From: Tubulanus polymorphus
Taxonomy: Eukaryota > Animalia > Nemertea
Reading direction: 5' to 3'
NCBI RefSeq assembly: GCF_964204645.1
Contig: NC_134025.1
Span: forward strand, 17,893,101 to 17,957,100
Length of the DNA: 64,000 nucleotides
Shown one piece after another: positions 1 to 11,667 of the stretch. Under the pieces are notes generated by a model that searched no databases, was not told the origin of the DNA, and saw only the letters and a program-made list of their open reading frames with translations. Position 1 is the first letter of the stretch, and each line of letters starts with the position of its first letter. Both the position numbers and the translations under genes were made by a program.

Positions 1-430
1 CCTCGCAAACAGCGAGCTTCTTCCGCAAGAAAATATAACGACAGCGTCACAGCGCGGCTATACACGAGGATCGGGCCTATTCGATTGGCATTCGACTGTA
101 CAGTGCGAGCGTAATCTTCCGCGATTTAGCGTATCAATTGAATGTACGTTTTTTGCAAAATATGGGAAATAGAAACGATATGACGGCTATCAAATTCAAG
201 AAATAACATAAGAGATTCTCCATGACTGGGAAATGAAAAACTAGATGCTACAAAATGGCACATTAGCAGATAAGACCAGTTTGTATGCGTCGTATAATCG
301 AATATGCCCTTACAATAATGAGGACTCTACGATCGACTGTGGCAAGTCAGTATCACTAGATAGCGCTCAGAATAGTCAGACAGGATCACCTGAATGGATG
401 TATGTTGATTAACGCGGTTTTTCGACTATC

Positions 431-2759
431 ATGACTATGGAATACAACAAATACTCAAATTTAACCCTAAACGAGCTAAAAATCATCCTTCGCAGCAGGA
501 ATTTGAAGGTTTCTGGAAAAAAGAAGGATCTTTTGAGAGGTAGGTAGCCTTCAGGGGCGGATCTAGACGGGAACACGCGGAGCACGTGCTCTTGTCGCAA
601 ATTCTGAGTGCCCTTTTTGAAAAATGTGCGAAATGAAAAATTTTTGACCCATCTCTTAATGAATTGTTGCAGAATGTCATTTTTGTGTCTCAGGTGCCTG
701 GATTTGCATTTAAATGGGTTAAAATTCAAAAATTTTCTGGGGGAGACCCAGACCCCCACGAAAATAAATAAATAGATTAATAGATAGTTGCACTGCAGAT
801 TTCTGGATTTCGATTTCTGGGAAAACAGCTTCTAATGTTCTTCTCTAACGTTCGGAGCTGCTGAATTGGCTTTTCCACTATGCTGGTCAGAATCGGAGCT
901 TGTTCTTACAGTTATCTTGTACTTTCTTAGATTTTCATGAGCCCACTGTTGAATACCATATGGATCTCCCTGATTATTCACAGTACAAAGATATTCATAG
1001 TCAAATGCTGGATGATTTCCCGGAGGTTACCATGGACAGACTGAATGATTATTTGACCACTTGCAGCAAAACATTTGATAACAAATGTGAGGAGTTATAT
1101 AATGGGAGGTAGGTCAAAGTGAATGCACTTCTTTAAAGTTAGTTTTTGTTTAAATGCCTTAACTTGGGTCTACTCATTTGCTTCAGGTATATTCAATATA
1201 TGCGTACCTGCAAGAGCGATGACAAGATATATGTGACGGGCAATATATGGGCCGAGATGAAGAAGTCTGTGGCTTACAGGACGGATATCGCATTAGACAA
1301 GTTTGGTGTGGTGCAGGAGTGCCAGTGCGAATGTGCGGTGGGACAGGGTCCGGCTGCCCATTGCAAACATGTTAGCACATCATTGTACGCTTTATCAAGA
1401 TTCTGTTTAACTGGAAGAATTCTCACAGAGTTGACCTGCACGCAAGTACGTTACCAATCGAGTCTGCCTTTTTAAACTTTCAACAGATTTGTTGAAAATG
1501 TGGAAAATGATCTCTAATTTTAGGTTCTACAAAAGTTCCATCAGGCAAAGGCCTACAAGGGAAGTCCCGTAAAAACAAGAAATATGACTGGAAGTAAAGG
1601 CGCATATATATATGATCCTCGCCCACCGTCGAAAAGACCTGCTGAAAAAATACAGGAAGATACAAGAAACATTATAATCAATTGGCCGGTAAGGTCCTAC
1701 ATTCTGCTTAAACACATCACATTTATTTAATCGGAATTTATGACTGGCCCCTTTTGAATTAATAAGATCAACTTGCAAATGTATATTCTCATAAAATGGC
1801 ATGGTTGTTAGCAATTATTTTGCTGATTTGTGTTATTTTGACACAGTGATTTGTATTAGAAATTATTCCATTCAGAACAAGGTAGCAAGACAGCCGATTT
1901 TACAATCCTATGGTCCAGCTAGGATGCAAGGTTTGACTCATGACCATGATTATCAAGAATTTTCAATGGAACACAAGTTTTTGGTGGATGAAAAGGTATG
2001 GAAATCACTATGCACCGACATTTTTTGATGCATGTTGTCTATAGATTTGGCTTCAATGAAACGTTTTCCCATTTATAGTTAGTTCCTGTTTGTATGGAAG
2101 ACGTCAAAGAAATCGAAGAAAGAACTCAAAGTCAAAGTAACAACAAACTTTGGATGGAAGAACGAAGGAAGCGGATAACGGCCTCAAATTTCGGAACAAT
2201 TTGTAAAATGACCAGTGTCAGAAATATAAATCAACTTGTGAATTCAATGATCTCACCGACATAATTCTGGTCGAGAAGTATCCAACATGGAAAAAAATAC
2301 GAGGATATAGCTGTAGATAAATTTGAACGTACAACTGGACTTAAAAGTAAAAAATGCGGTTTATTCATCTCGGCTAAAACCCCTGTCCTAGCTGCTTCAC
2401 CAGATGGAATATTAGATTCTACGACAATACTGGAAGTTAAATGTCCTTTCGTGTGCCGCGATCAAATGATAAGTGCACAGACTGTACCATATTTAAAGAA
2501 AACCTCTGATGGTCATTTAACTTTAAATAAAGCTCATTCTTACTTCTATCAAATACAAGGTCAGTTATATTGTACTGAAAAAGAACGTTGCAAATTTGTT
2601 GTCTATACTTTCAAAGATCTTGCTGTCATAGATATTAGACGAGATGAAGACTTCATAAATGAAATGGTCGAAAAACTTGTTTCTTTTTATGAACATTATT
2701 TCAAACGTATTTATTTAAACAAAATATTGTACAGAAATGAAGATGCATACTTCTGCTAA
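431..2759 (+). CDS. Spliced SAP-SWIM-YqaJ (lambda exonuclease-like, PD-(D/E)XK) accessory protein of ISL2EU
   Basis: GT-AG exons read by eye: 431-539 (YSNLTLNELKIILRSRNLKVSGKKKDLL, SAP-like), 931-1108, 1187-1445 (CQCECAVGQGPAAHCKHV, SWIM), 1524-1688, ~1876-1995, 2079-2759 (TQSQSNNKLWMEERRKRITASNFG, LAASPDG...LEVKCP, YFYQIQGQL). Exon 1-2 linkage is less certain. Confidence 0.8.
551..760. repeat. Short interspersed repeat in intron 1 of the YqaJ gene
   Basis: Starts CAGGGGCGGATCTAGA and ends AAATTTTCTGGGGGAGACCCAGACCCCC, resembling common invertebrate non-autonomous repeats. No TSD seen. Confidence 0.35.
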
Positions 2760-2824
2760 AACATCTTTAACATTCAATAAACTGAAATAAACTTAACTGA
2801 TTTTCAGATGATAAAAAGTTGTTT

Positions 2825-3807
2825 TTAGGCGTCTGGAGGGATAATACAACTTCGAAAATTACAGAGAAAGAAGCATGATGTTACAATGGCATCAGCCAGT
2901 CGTGCATCATTGGTGTTTAATGGCTGAGACAAAATTTTGAAGGTTTTTGCCAATCCAATAACTCTCTCGACGTGGACTCTTTTGCTAGCTATCTTCCTAT
3001 CAGCCTGGACAGATTTTTCACTCATGCGGTTTTTCTTCTTAAAAAACTCTGGAATGTTGATTTCTACATTATAAGGGATGAAGAGATCTTGCACGTTAAA
3101 GCCCTTATCAGCCATAATTGAATCATTTGGGTCAAGCATTTGCTGTAAACGACTTCGCTCACATATTTGTCGATCACTAGTGGAACCACAGTAAATGTCT
3201 GACACGTACGACACTAATCCACCTGGTGATATTCCGATCAAGGCTTTTACTGTATTTCGGTTTTTGTAGGTGGAGTAACTTGCTTGCTGCATCACAGGAT
3301 TCTTAGGTTTTTTCAACGGGATTTCCGTGCCGTCTACAATTACACGTGTACTGGGAAACTTCTTTCCGAAATCACTAGGTGAGAAATACTTAACGAGTTC
3401 TTTTGATGGCCACCAACACAAGTCTTTGAAATGGAAGTATAGAAAATTTATCCATGTCACAAATATATTTGCTACTTGCATTTCAGAAATCTGGAACAAG
3501 TCACTAAGTTCTATGTTAGGACGGTTCAATCGCAACTTAATGAGAGTCAGGAAAAATTGATCTTCAAGATCCATTTTTGGCGTAGCAGAAAAGTAATATT
3601 GCATATCACAAATATCAGTCCTGAATGTGGCGAATATCATTTTAAAATTCTGATAAGTCTGCAACCCAGTGTAATAGTGGAATTTCTTATTGTCAGATTG
3701 AACAGATCGGATTGACAGTCCACCATCCTTTATACACACTTGCACACCACACTCTTTCATAATAAGCTGTTTCGTTTGTGAAGAGATCTCACGGAATGGC
3801 TCACATT
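2825..3807 (-). CDS. ISL2EU/Harbinger transposase exon 3 (HTH_Tnp_4 + DDE_Tnp_4)
   Basis: FHYYTGL, LEDQFFLTLIKLR (HTH), VIVDGTEI, YSTYKNRNTVK, GSTSD, IMADKGF, RVHVERVIG. Acceptor TTTCAG just upstream of 3807. Confidence 0.92.
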
Positions 3808-3890
3808 CTGAAAGAAAAGAAGACAAATTTCATAAGAAATACAAGCGAAGGCTTTTCAATTACAATTACAATTGAAATAACATAGCCTAC

Positions 3891-4111
3891 CAGTACTCAT
3901 TTCTGCATATGATGGAGTCGTAGTCACTACTTCCTCTGCTATTACTATCTCCAAGCATTCAAGGTAGATTTCTCATCATCATCAATTCTTTTCTGTTTCT
4001 TTTTGGCTCGTTCTTCTCTTTCTAAATGTGCTGTAGATTGTGATCGCTGTTTCCAACAGAAGATATGAGGTACAGCATCCTTCTTTAAGATTTTGTTCAC
4101 CATTGCTCCAC
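3891..4111 (-). pseudogene. ISL2EU transposase exon 2 (end of THAP domain), 1-nt frameshift
   Basis: Reads GAMVNKILKKDAVPHIFCW (THAP AVPTIF box) with AG/GT borders. It is 221 nt between two phase-1 introns, so one base is missing near 3960. Confidence 0.8.
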
Positions 4112-4163
4112 CTTAAGAACAAATGTATGAAATGTGATACATTTGTTGTGTGTTGCAAATGTA

Positions 4164-4666
4164 AGTAATAGATTAATAGGCTTTCAGGCCAAAGGTCGAA
4201 CGGTCGAGCTCATTAAAAACAAAACATTAAAAGTAATTTAAAAATATAATATATTTTCATAACCGTGTGCATTTTATATTATAACTAAATATTTATTCTA
4301 AGATATCAATAATTTAAAAAGCATATAATCAAATATATTTTAATAATAATAATTATTCTATTCTTCAACTGAAATACACATGGTTATGAAAATATATTAT
4401 AGTTTTAAATTACTTTTAATATTTGTTTTTAATGAACTCGACCATTCAACCTTTAACCTGAAAGCCTATTACCCCTATTACTCTTAAAATATTCATGTAA
4501 ATGAATAACATTTAAATTGATAGATTATTCAATATAAAAGTATATATTTACAACATTATTTCAATATTCATATTTGTGTGAGTTAGATTTTTAAACATTA
4601 AAAGTGTTAGTAAAGTGTGATTGAAATAATACATGATATAAATCATTGAACTTCTAAAATCAATTT
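4164..4666 (+). repeat. Left TIR of Polinton A1
   Basis: Near-perfect reverse complement of 18544-19047. Its first 319 bp (4164-4482) are themselves an inverted repeat. Confidence 0.95.
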
Positions 4667-4688
4667 TAATAAAAAATTTAGTATTAAA

Positions 4689-7600
4689 ATGGAAGCAAAT
4701 AAGTACTACTGCCCAACATGTAATATCAATATAGATAAATCCCAAAAAGCAAGACACAATAAAACTAAAACACATTTAGAGAATAAATTGAAACTAGAAT
4801 ATATAGATGATATATTAGAAACTAAATTAGATGAATTAAAGAATGAAAAAGAAACATATAAATGTGATGAATGTAATCAATCATTCAGTGATAAAAGATA
4901 TTATAATGAACATTTAAAATCTAAAAGTCATATTAGAAATAAGAATAATGATATTTTAGGTGAAGATTATTTTGATAAAGATAATGATAAGAAACAGAAG
5001 ACAATTAAAAGCATAAAAAATAAATTAAACAATAAAAGACCATACATGGAAGATGTAAGAAATTATATTAATTCATTTGATAATAAAAAAGATATAGAGA
5101 TAACCGAAGCATTTAAAAGTGATATTGGCCCAGCAGCTATCGACTTTAAATTTCATAAAGGAAAAACATTAGAAGAAAATAAAAAACATTTAGAAAATAT
5201 GAAAAATATTATAAAAATAATTACTGATGTTGAATATCCTAAAATTAGTATATCAGTTAAAGTAAAGTTTATAAAATCTGAAGATAAACCAATATATAAT
5301 ATAAATTCTCATTCACAACATAATATTTCAAAACAACATATAGATGATAAATTAGATAAATGTAATAATGAAGTAAAAACTAAAATAGAAGAGAAATATT
5401 TTGAAGGATCTGGTTTAATATTTGATGAAATAATATTTATGACTTTACATGTTTATAACACAAAATATAATAAGTTAACTAAATCAAAACCAATCGATGA
5501 AAATAATGTATCATATTATAAAGAACCAGATATTGAAGCATCGAGTTATATTAAACTACCATTTAAAACTAATGCTGTAATAAATGTACAAAATGAAGAT
5601 GATAAATGTTTTCTATGGACAATTATAAGTTGTTTACACCCAGTTGAAGATTATAATAAACATACTTATAGATTAACTCATTATAAACCGTTTGAAAATA
5701 ATTATAAGATAGATAAGTATCCTGTTATAATTAAAAACATCCCAAAAATAGAAAGAGATAATAATTTAAGAATAAATGTATTTGATTTAATCAAATTACC
5801 AAATACAAAAGGTAATAATATAAAACATTATACCTTAGAACCTTTATATCTATCAGAAGATTATGATTCAAACGATGTTATAGATATATTATATTATGAG
5901 AATCATTATATGTGGATTAAACAAATAGATTTATTCTTTAGAACAGAAAGTGATCACCATAATAAAATATATCTATGTAGAAAATGTTTACATAGATTCA
6001 GTAATGAAAGTACATTATTAAATCATAAACAATTATGTGAAAATCATGATTATTGTAAATTAGTTTTACCAAATGAAAAAGATAAAATATTAGAATTCAA
6101 AAAATATGATTACAAAAATAAAGTTCCATTTGTTATATATGGAGATTTTGAATCATTAAATAAAGAATTAACTGATCAAGATAGAAAAGAAATATATTAT
6201 AAAAGAAAGAAATTAAATTCTAATGAAAATGATTTTTCAGATGAACCACCAAAAACAAATACAATTAAAAAGATTCATCAATCAGCTGCAGCTTTCGGGT
6301 TATATATTAAATCTGATTATCCAGAACTAATTGAAAGTGAATATTATGATTATAGAAATGAAAATGTTATCAATCATTTTTGTGACTTATTAATTGAATA
6401 TGAAATAAGATTTAGTAAATTATTGAATACAAATATAGAATTTATAATGACAGAAGAAGATAACGAAGCATTTGAGTTTGCAGATAAATGTTATTATTGT
6501 GAAAAGATATTTAATTTTAGAGATAAAAAAGTAAGAGACCATGATCATTTGAACGGAAAGTTTAGAGGCGCTGCACATGAGAATTGTAACTTACAAGCTA
6601 AGAAAATTAACTTTGTACCAGTTATATTTCATAATCTATCAGGATATGATGCACATTTATTCATCAAACAGTTATGCCATAAAATAGAAGAAATTAATAA
6701 TGAAATAGAAAGATTAAATTCAAATAGATCAAAAGATAAAATACCAACTTATGAATTTAGAATGTTAGCTAAAACATCTGAGAATTATGTATCATTCCAA
6801 TTTGGTTGCCTAAGATTTATAGATTCATATAGATTTTTAAATAGTTCATTAGATAACTTATCAAAATCATTAGTTGATGATGAATTAAAGATATTAAAAG
6901 AATATTACCCAAATAATGATGAATTTCAATTAATGAGATATAAAGGAGCAATTCCATATTCATTTTATAAATCACATAATGATTTTAACATAACTGAATT
7001 ATTGAAAGAACAATTCTATGATGAATTAAAAAATGAATATGTTAAAGATGAAGTATATAATAGAACATTGAATATTTGGAATCATTTCAAAATAGAAAAT
7101 CATGGGCAATTAGTAGATATATATTTAAAATCAGATGTATTATTATTAACCGATATATTCGAAAGGATTAGAGATGTAAACCTAAAATATTTTAACATTG
7201 ATCCTCGTCATTGTTATTCATCACCAGGTTTAACATAGGATTGTGGATTAAAATTTACAGATATAAAAATGGATTTGTTAACAAATATAGATCAATTACT
7301 ATTATTTGAAAAATCTATAAGAGGAGGAGTTTCAGGTGTATTAGGGGATAGATATTTCAATGTAAATGATAACCCTGGATATAAGTTATTATATATAGAT
7401 GCAAATAATTTGTATGGTTGGGCAATGATGGAACCACAACCTTATGGAGTATTTGAATTAACTGAAGTTTTACAGAATGAAAATAATGATAAATTTGATT
7501 GGAAGAAAAGAATTCTAGATATTGCAGATGATTCAGATACTGGTTACTTCTTTGTTGTAGACTTAGAATATCCTGAACATATCAAATTTAAATCTAGAAA

Positions 7601-8726
7601 TCTAGCTTACTGCCCCGAACATAAAACTCATGAAGAATTATCAAATTACCAAAAAAGAATTAAACCCGAAAATCATATTCATACAGAAAAGTTAATGGTA
7701 ACTCAAGAAGATGAATATAATTATGTAGTACATTATAGAATGTTAAAGTTTTATTTGAATCAAGGAATGGTTCTAAAAAAAGTACATAGATATATTTCAT
7801 TTAGTCAATCTAAGTGGTTAGAAAAATATATAGATTTTAACACCAAACAGAGAACTGAAGCTAAAACTGATTTCGAAAAAGATTTCTTCAAGTTAATGAA
7901 TAATGCATTCTATGGTAAGACTTGTGAAAATATTAGAAATAGAAATGATATTGAGTTAGTCAGTAATGGTAAAAGAATTAGACATTTACAAACATATCCT
8001 AAGTTCATTGGTAACAGAATATTTGATGAAAATTTAGCTGCAGTTAAAATGAGAAGAACATCAATGAAATTTAATAAACCAATCTATGTTGGCGCTTCAG
8101 TTTTAGAATTATCAAAATTACTAATGTATGAATTCTATTATAATGTATTACAACCACTTTTTGGAGAAAAACGTATAGAAATATTATATTTTGATACTGA
8201 CAGTTACATATTAAAGATAAAAACTGATAACATAACAGATGATTTAAAAACATTAAAACATCATTTTGATTTCAGTAACTATCCTAAAGATCATGAATTG
8301 TTTAGCAATGGTAATAAAAAAGTTCCCGGTAAATTCAAAGATGAATTAGGCGGTGAAGAAATGATTGAATTCATTGGTATTAGATCTAAAATGTATTCAT
8401 ATAAAACTAAAGAACATGAAGCTAAAAAGTTAAAAGGAATAACCAAAAGTGTAGTAGAAAAGAATATTCATTTCAAAGATTACATCAATTGTATATTCAA
8501 TGAAGAAGTTAGAAAACATAAGATGAGATGTTTAAGATCTGAAGATCATGAAATGTTTATTGAAGAAATTGAAAAGATAAGTCTAAACCCATTTGATGAT
8601 TAAAGATATATTCTGGATGATGAAATTCATACAGTTGCTTATGGTTGTAATTAAGATGAATACTTAAAATTTAAAAGAGAAGAAACAAGAGAGAAAGAGA
8701 TAATGAAAAGAATTCTAACGTGTTAA
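4689..8726 (+). pseudogene. polB: Protein-primed family B DNA polymerase (pPolB) with N-terminal C2H2 fingers, vOTU-like and EndoVII-like domains; nonsense mutations
   Basis: ExoI IYGDFES, ExoII FHNLSGYDAH, YIDANNLYG, KLMNNAFYGK, YFDTDS. In-frame stops at 7236-7238 (TAG; TGG in A2), 8601-8603 (TAA; AAA in A2) and ~8652. Confidence 0.95.
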
Positions 8727-8755
8727 TCAAATTTTGATAAAAATATGTATTATAA

Positions 8756-9109
8756 ATGGAGAGTAAACAAACACACAGTGAGAACAACAAATTATTTCTA
8801 GATAGAATTAAAGATATAACAAATGTAAAATCTGTAGATTATAAATTCAAAAAGTTAACAGAATTAACAATCAATAAGAAATATCTAATTACAAATATTG
8901 ATACAGTTACTAATAACTATGGAGATAAATTAGTTATACACTTAGAATATGAAGGATTAAAAGGAAATACATATAAATTCAGAACATATTTACCAGATAG
9001 ATTTCATAGATTATCAAGTGAAGATTTAGAAGAATTATGTTCTGGAGATTTCTATTTCGTATACAAAGGTAAGAATAAAAAAGGGCATCATGAAATAGAT
9101 TTCGAATAA
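8756..9109 (+). CDS. Conserved 117-aa Polinton protein, possibly OB-fold ssDNA-binding
   Basis: Intact and nearly identical at 44519-44872. Beta-rich pattern KKLTEL..YLIT...TNNYGDKLVIHL...TYLPDRF. The function is inference only. Confidence 0.6.
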   Translation: MESKQTHSENNKLFLDRIKDITNVKSVDYKFKKLTELTINKKYLITNIDTVTNNYGDKLVIHLEYEGLKGNTYKFRTYLPDRFHRLSSEDLEELCSGDFYFVYKGKNKKGHHEIDFE

Positions 9110-9123
9110 AATATGTAAAATAA

Positions 9124-9830
9124 ATGGTGGAATTAAAAGAATACAGAATATTTGTTGATTCTAGAAGACTTACAGATTATAAATCACATAATTTACTAGT
9201 ACAATTAGATAGAGAATTCAAGAATTGTGTAGATTTAAAATTAGTAAATATAAGTTTATGTAATTCTTTTTATAATATATCGGATAAAACTATTGAACAT
9301 AGAGCTTGTTTAGTTTTTAATAGACACATAGATTCATTGGGTCTATATATATTTAAAACCGGGGTTATATAATTTAGATACATTAGCACAAGAAATTAAT
9401 AGAAAAGCCTGGCACAAATTAGGTAGTAGTTCTGGGTTTAGTATTAGATTTTTAAAAAGTGATAGTTCTGATAGAATAAAGATAAGGTTGTCTAATAGTG
9501 AAAAACATAAATTTATGGTAAAAAACCTATAGCTAAACTGTTAGGAATTCTTCCAGATAGATCTTTTACAAATATTGATGCTGCTACACCAAACTTAATA
9601 CCTTACACGCATTTTTATATTTATTGCAATTTAATCGATCCTACAAAAACATTCGAAGCAACTAAAGATATAACTTGTAATTCTGGTTTACTAAACATTT
9701 TACCATTGAAGAATGTTAAAGAATTTGGAACGCAAATAAATTATAATTTAACAGAATGTGATTTCAAACCATGCATTCCTCGTTTAAATAATTTTAGATT
9801 AGAAATTAGAAATCATAATGGTTACTTAAT
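9124..9830 (+). pseudogene. Minor capsid protein (penton, single jelly roll), frameshifted and 3'-deleted
   Basis: N-terminal IFVDSRR...FKNCVDLKLVNISLCNSFYNI and C-terminal HFYIYCNLID...LEIRNHNGYLI match the PLV/NCLDV penton pattern. Confidence 0.75.
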
Positions 9831-9860
9831 ATAAAAAGTAAATCATTTAACAATGCATCA

Positions 9861-10079
9861 ATGATTAATAAAGAAAATTATAATATAAAAAAAGTATTTT
9901 ATTTAATTAAATCACCTTTAGAATATTATGAATTAAATGAAGATGGAATTATTGATGATATTAAAAACATATTAACCAAAATATATGATAATCATAAAAG
10001 TAGTAATGAAATAAATGTTGAATTAATCATAAATAAGATAACTATATATTTTGAAGATAGTAATTTTTTTGATAAATAA
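9861..10079 (+). CDS. Hypothetical Polinton protein (partial homolog of 20415-20766 and 45524-45870)
   Basis: Shared C-terminus IIDDIK...INVELII.KIT.YFEDSNFF in several copies. Confidence 0.5.
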   Translation: MINKENYNIKKVFYLIKSPLEYYELNEDGIIDDIKNILTKIYDNHKSSNEINVELIINKITIYFEDSNFFDK

Positions 10080-10301
10080 ATGAGTGATAATAAGTGGATA
10101 ATAACTGGATTATATAATGGCGCATTATTATCAGTGGGAACTGTTGGTTATTCAATGGTATCAAAAAAAGTATTCAAAATGGGAAGTGTTAATGTTGATA
10201 GATTTGATATAAATGATATTTTAAAATTAACATTAGCAGTTACTTTATCTAATTTAACTATTGATTATTTAGAAAAACAAAAATATATTCCTCCCATATA
10301 A
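10080..10301 (+). CDS. Small hydrophobic 73-aa Polinton protein
   Basis: Conserved in all four copies; two hydrophobic/amphipathic stretches. Confidence 0.7.
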   Translation: MSDNKWIITGLYNGALLSVGTVGYSMVSKKVFKMGSVNVDRFDINDILKLTLAVTLSNLTIDYLEKQKYIPPI

Positions 10302-10325
10302 ATGCATAATTATTTTACTAAATAA

Positions 10326-10739
10326 ATGGCTTCTGCAGTTATAACTATTATAGGATCAGCAATTGTTAACGCTTTAGCATTTACTGGTGGCGGTTATTTA
10401 TTCAAGCATATTGATAAAAATGGATCATTAAGACATAACCTAGCATTAGAAAAATATAATAAATCTGCGGAAGAATATAGAGAAAAGAGGCAAAACTATA
10501 TGGATTATATTAACAAGGAATTATATGATCAGAAGATTTCACATAGAGATTTTCAATCAGTTGATGATGCAATGAGTTTATATAACGCGGTAACCAATAA
10601 AGAAAAATTACATCTATACAAACCTAAATTATCAGATTATTATACCCCAAGTAATGAACAGAAGAAATATGAAATAATATGGATTTTAGGCGGAACTGTT
10701 ATTGTTATATTTGTTGCTTATAAGTTTACTAATTATTAA
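10326..10739 (+). CDS. Putative membrane protein (N-terminal hydrophobic helix, C-terminal TM)
   Basis: MASAVITIIGSAIVNALAFTGGGYLF...IIWILGGTVIVIFVAYKF; conserved in four copies. Confidence 0.75.
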   Translation: MASAVITIIGSAIVNALAFTGGGYLFKHIDKNGSLRHNLALEKYNKSAEEYREKRQNYMDYINKELYDQKISHRDFQSVDDAMSLYNAVTNKEKLHLYKPKLSDYYTPSNEQKKYEIIWILGGTVIVIFVAYKFTNY

Positions 10740-10757
10740 TTTTTTTTTGCTAAATAA

Positions 10758-11177
10758 ATGGAAGATAAAGTTGATAATATTGATATTATTCCTCATGATA
10801 TAAATAAAACTAAATTAAAAATATATTTAGAAAAACAAATATTAGCATTTGAAAGTTACTTAAAAGTTAAAAAGAAAAAATATTTAAAATCCAAAATTAT
10901 ATATTATTTGATTATAAGTGGTTCGGTTACAATTAGTTCTGTAATAACATTTCTAGCAATATTCAGTCCATTAACACCTTTAGCTATATCAATTGGTGTA
11001 TTAGGATTAAGTTCAAGTGTTTTAACTGGTATAAGTTCAAAATTAAATATAAAAAGTAATAAAGAAAAAATTAAAACTAATATAAAAGAAATTAATAAAT
11101 TAAAGAATACACTAGATTATATAATAAGTTTAAATGGTCATATAACAGTTGAAGAACAAGATATAAATGGCAGATAG
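10758..11177 (+). CDS. Putative 2-TM plus coiled-coil protein
   Basis: IIYYLIISGSVTISSVITFLAIF and LAISIGVLGLSSSVLTGI. The 3' end is shortened by a small deletion relative to 46561-46937. Confidence 0.7.
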   Translation: MEDKVDNIDIIPHDINKTKLKIYLEKQILAFESYLKVKKKKYLKSKIIYYLIISGSVTISSVITFLAIFSPLTPLAISIGVLGLSSSVLTGISSKLNIKSNKEKIKTNIKEINKLKNTLDYIISLNGHITVEEQDINGR

Positions 11178-11651
11178 TTTTCCAAAAGCTTTCCAATATA
11201 ATAAACCAATTAAATATAATATTCCAGCAATAGATTTTAATAAAGATATTACATATAGAAATGAAGTTTTAAATTCATTAATTGATTTATATATTTATGT
11301 TACTCTAAGTAATAATTTTCATGTAAAGATGGAAAATATATTTCATGTGTATACAATTAATTTCAAAAATTTAAATGAGGCAAAACAATGGCTATTAAAA
11401 TCTAATATGAAGTATTGGCAGAACCAATTAAATTTTGCTGTTTTTTGCGCAACAACAGGTTGTGGAATTAGTTGGAATGATCATTTAAACAAACCAAGTT
11501 TACCATTGATGTTATCACTTTTTAGATAACTGATAATATTCAACATGAAATAATTAAAATAAATGATGATAATAAATCCCATGAAAATGCTAAATTAGCT
11601 TTAACTTGTATAGGAATTGTAATCGGAGGAATATTATATTTTCGATTTTAA
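11167..11651 (+). pseudogene. Conserved Polinton protein with C-terminal TM, internally deleted
   Basis: WQNQLNFAVFCATTGCGISW motif. About 0.85 kb present in A2 (46954-48278) is missing at ~11527. Confidence 0.7.
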
Positions 11652-11667
11652 TTTTTTTATTATGTAA

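Noticed and set aside
7236-7238. Programmed stop readthrough or alternative genetic code in pPolB and MCP
   Set aside because: The stops fall at different positions in A1 and A2 and replace different amino acids (W, K, L), as expected for random decay.
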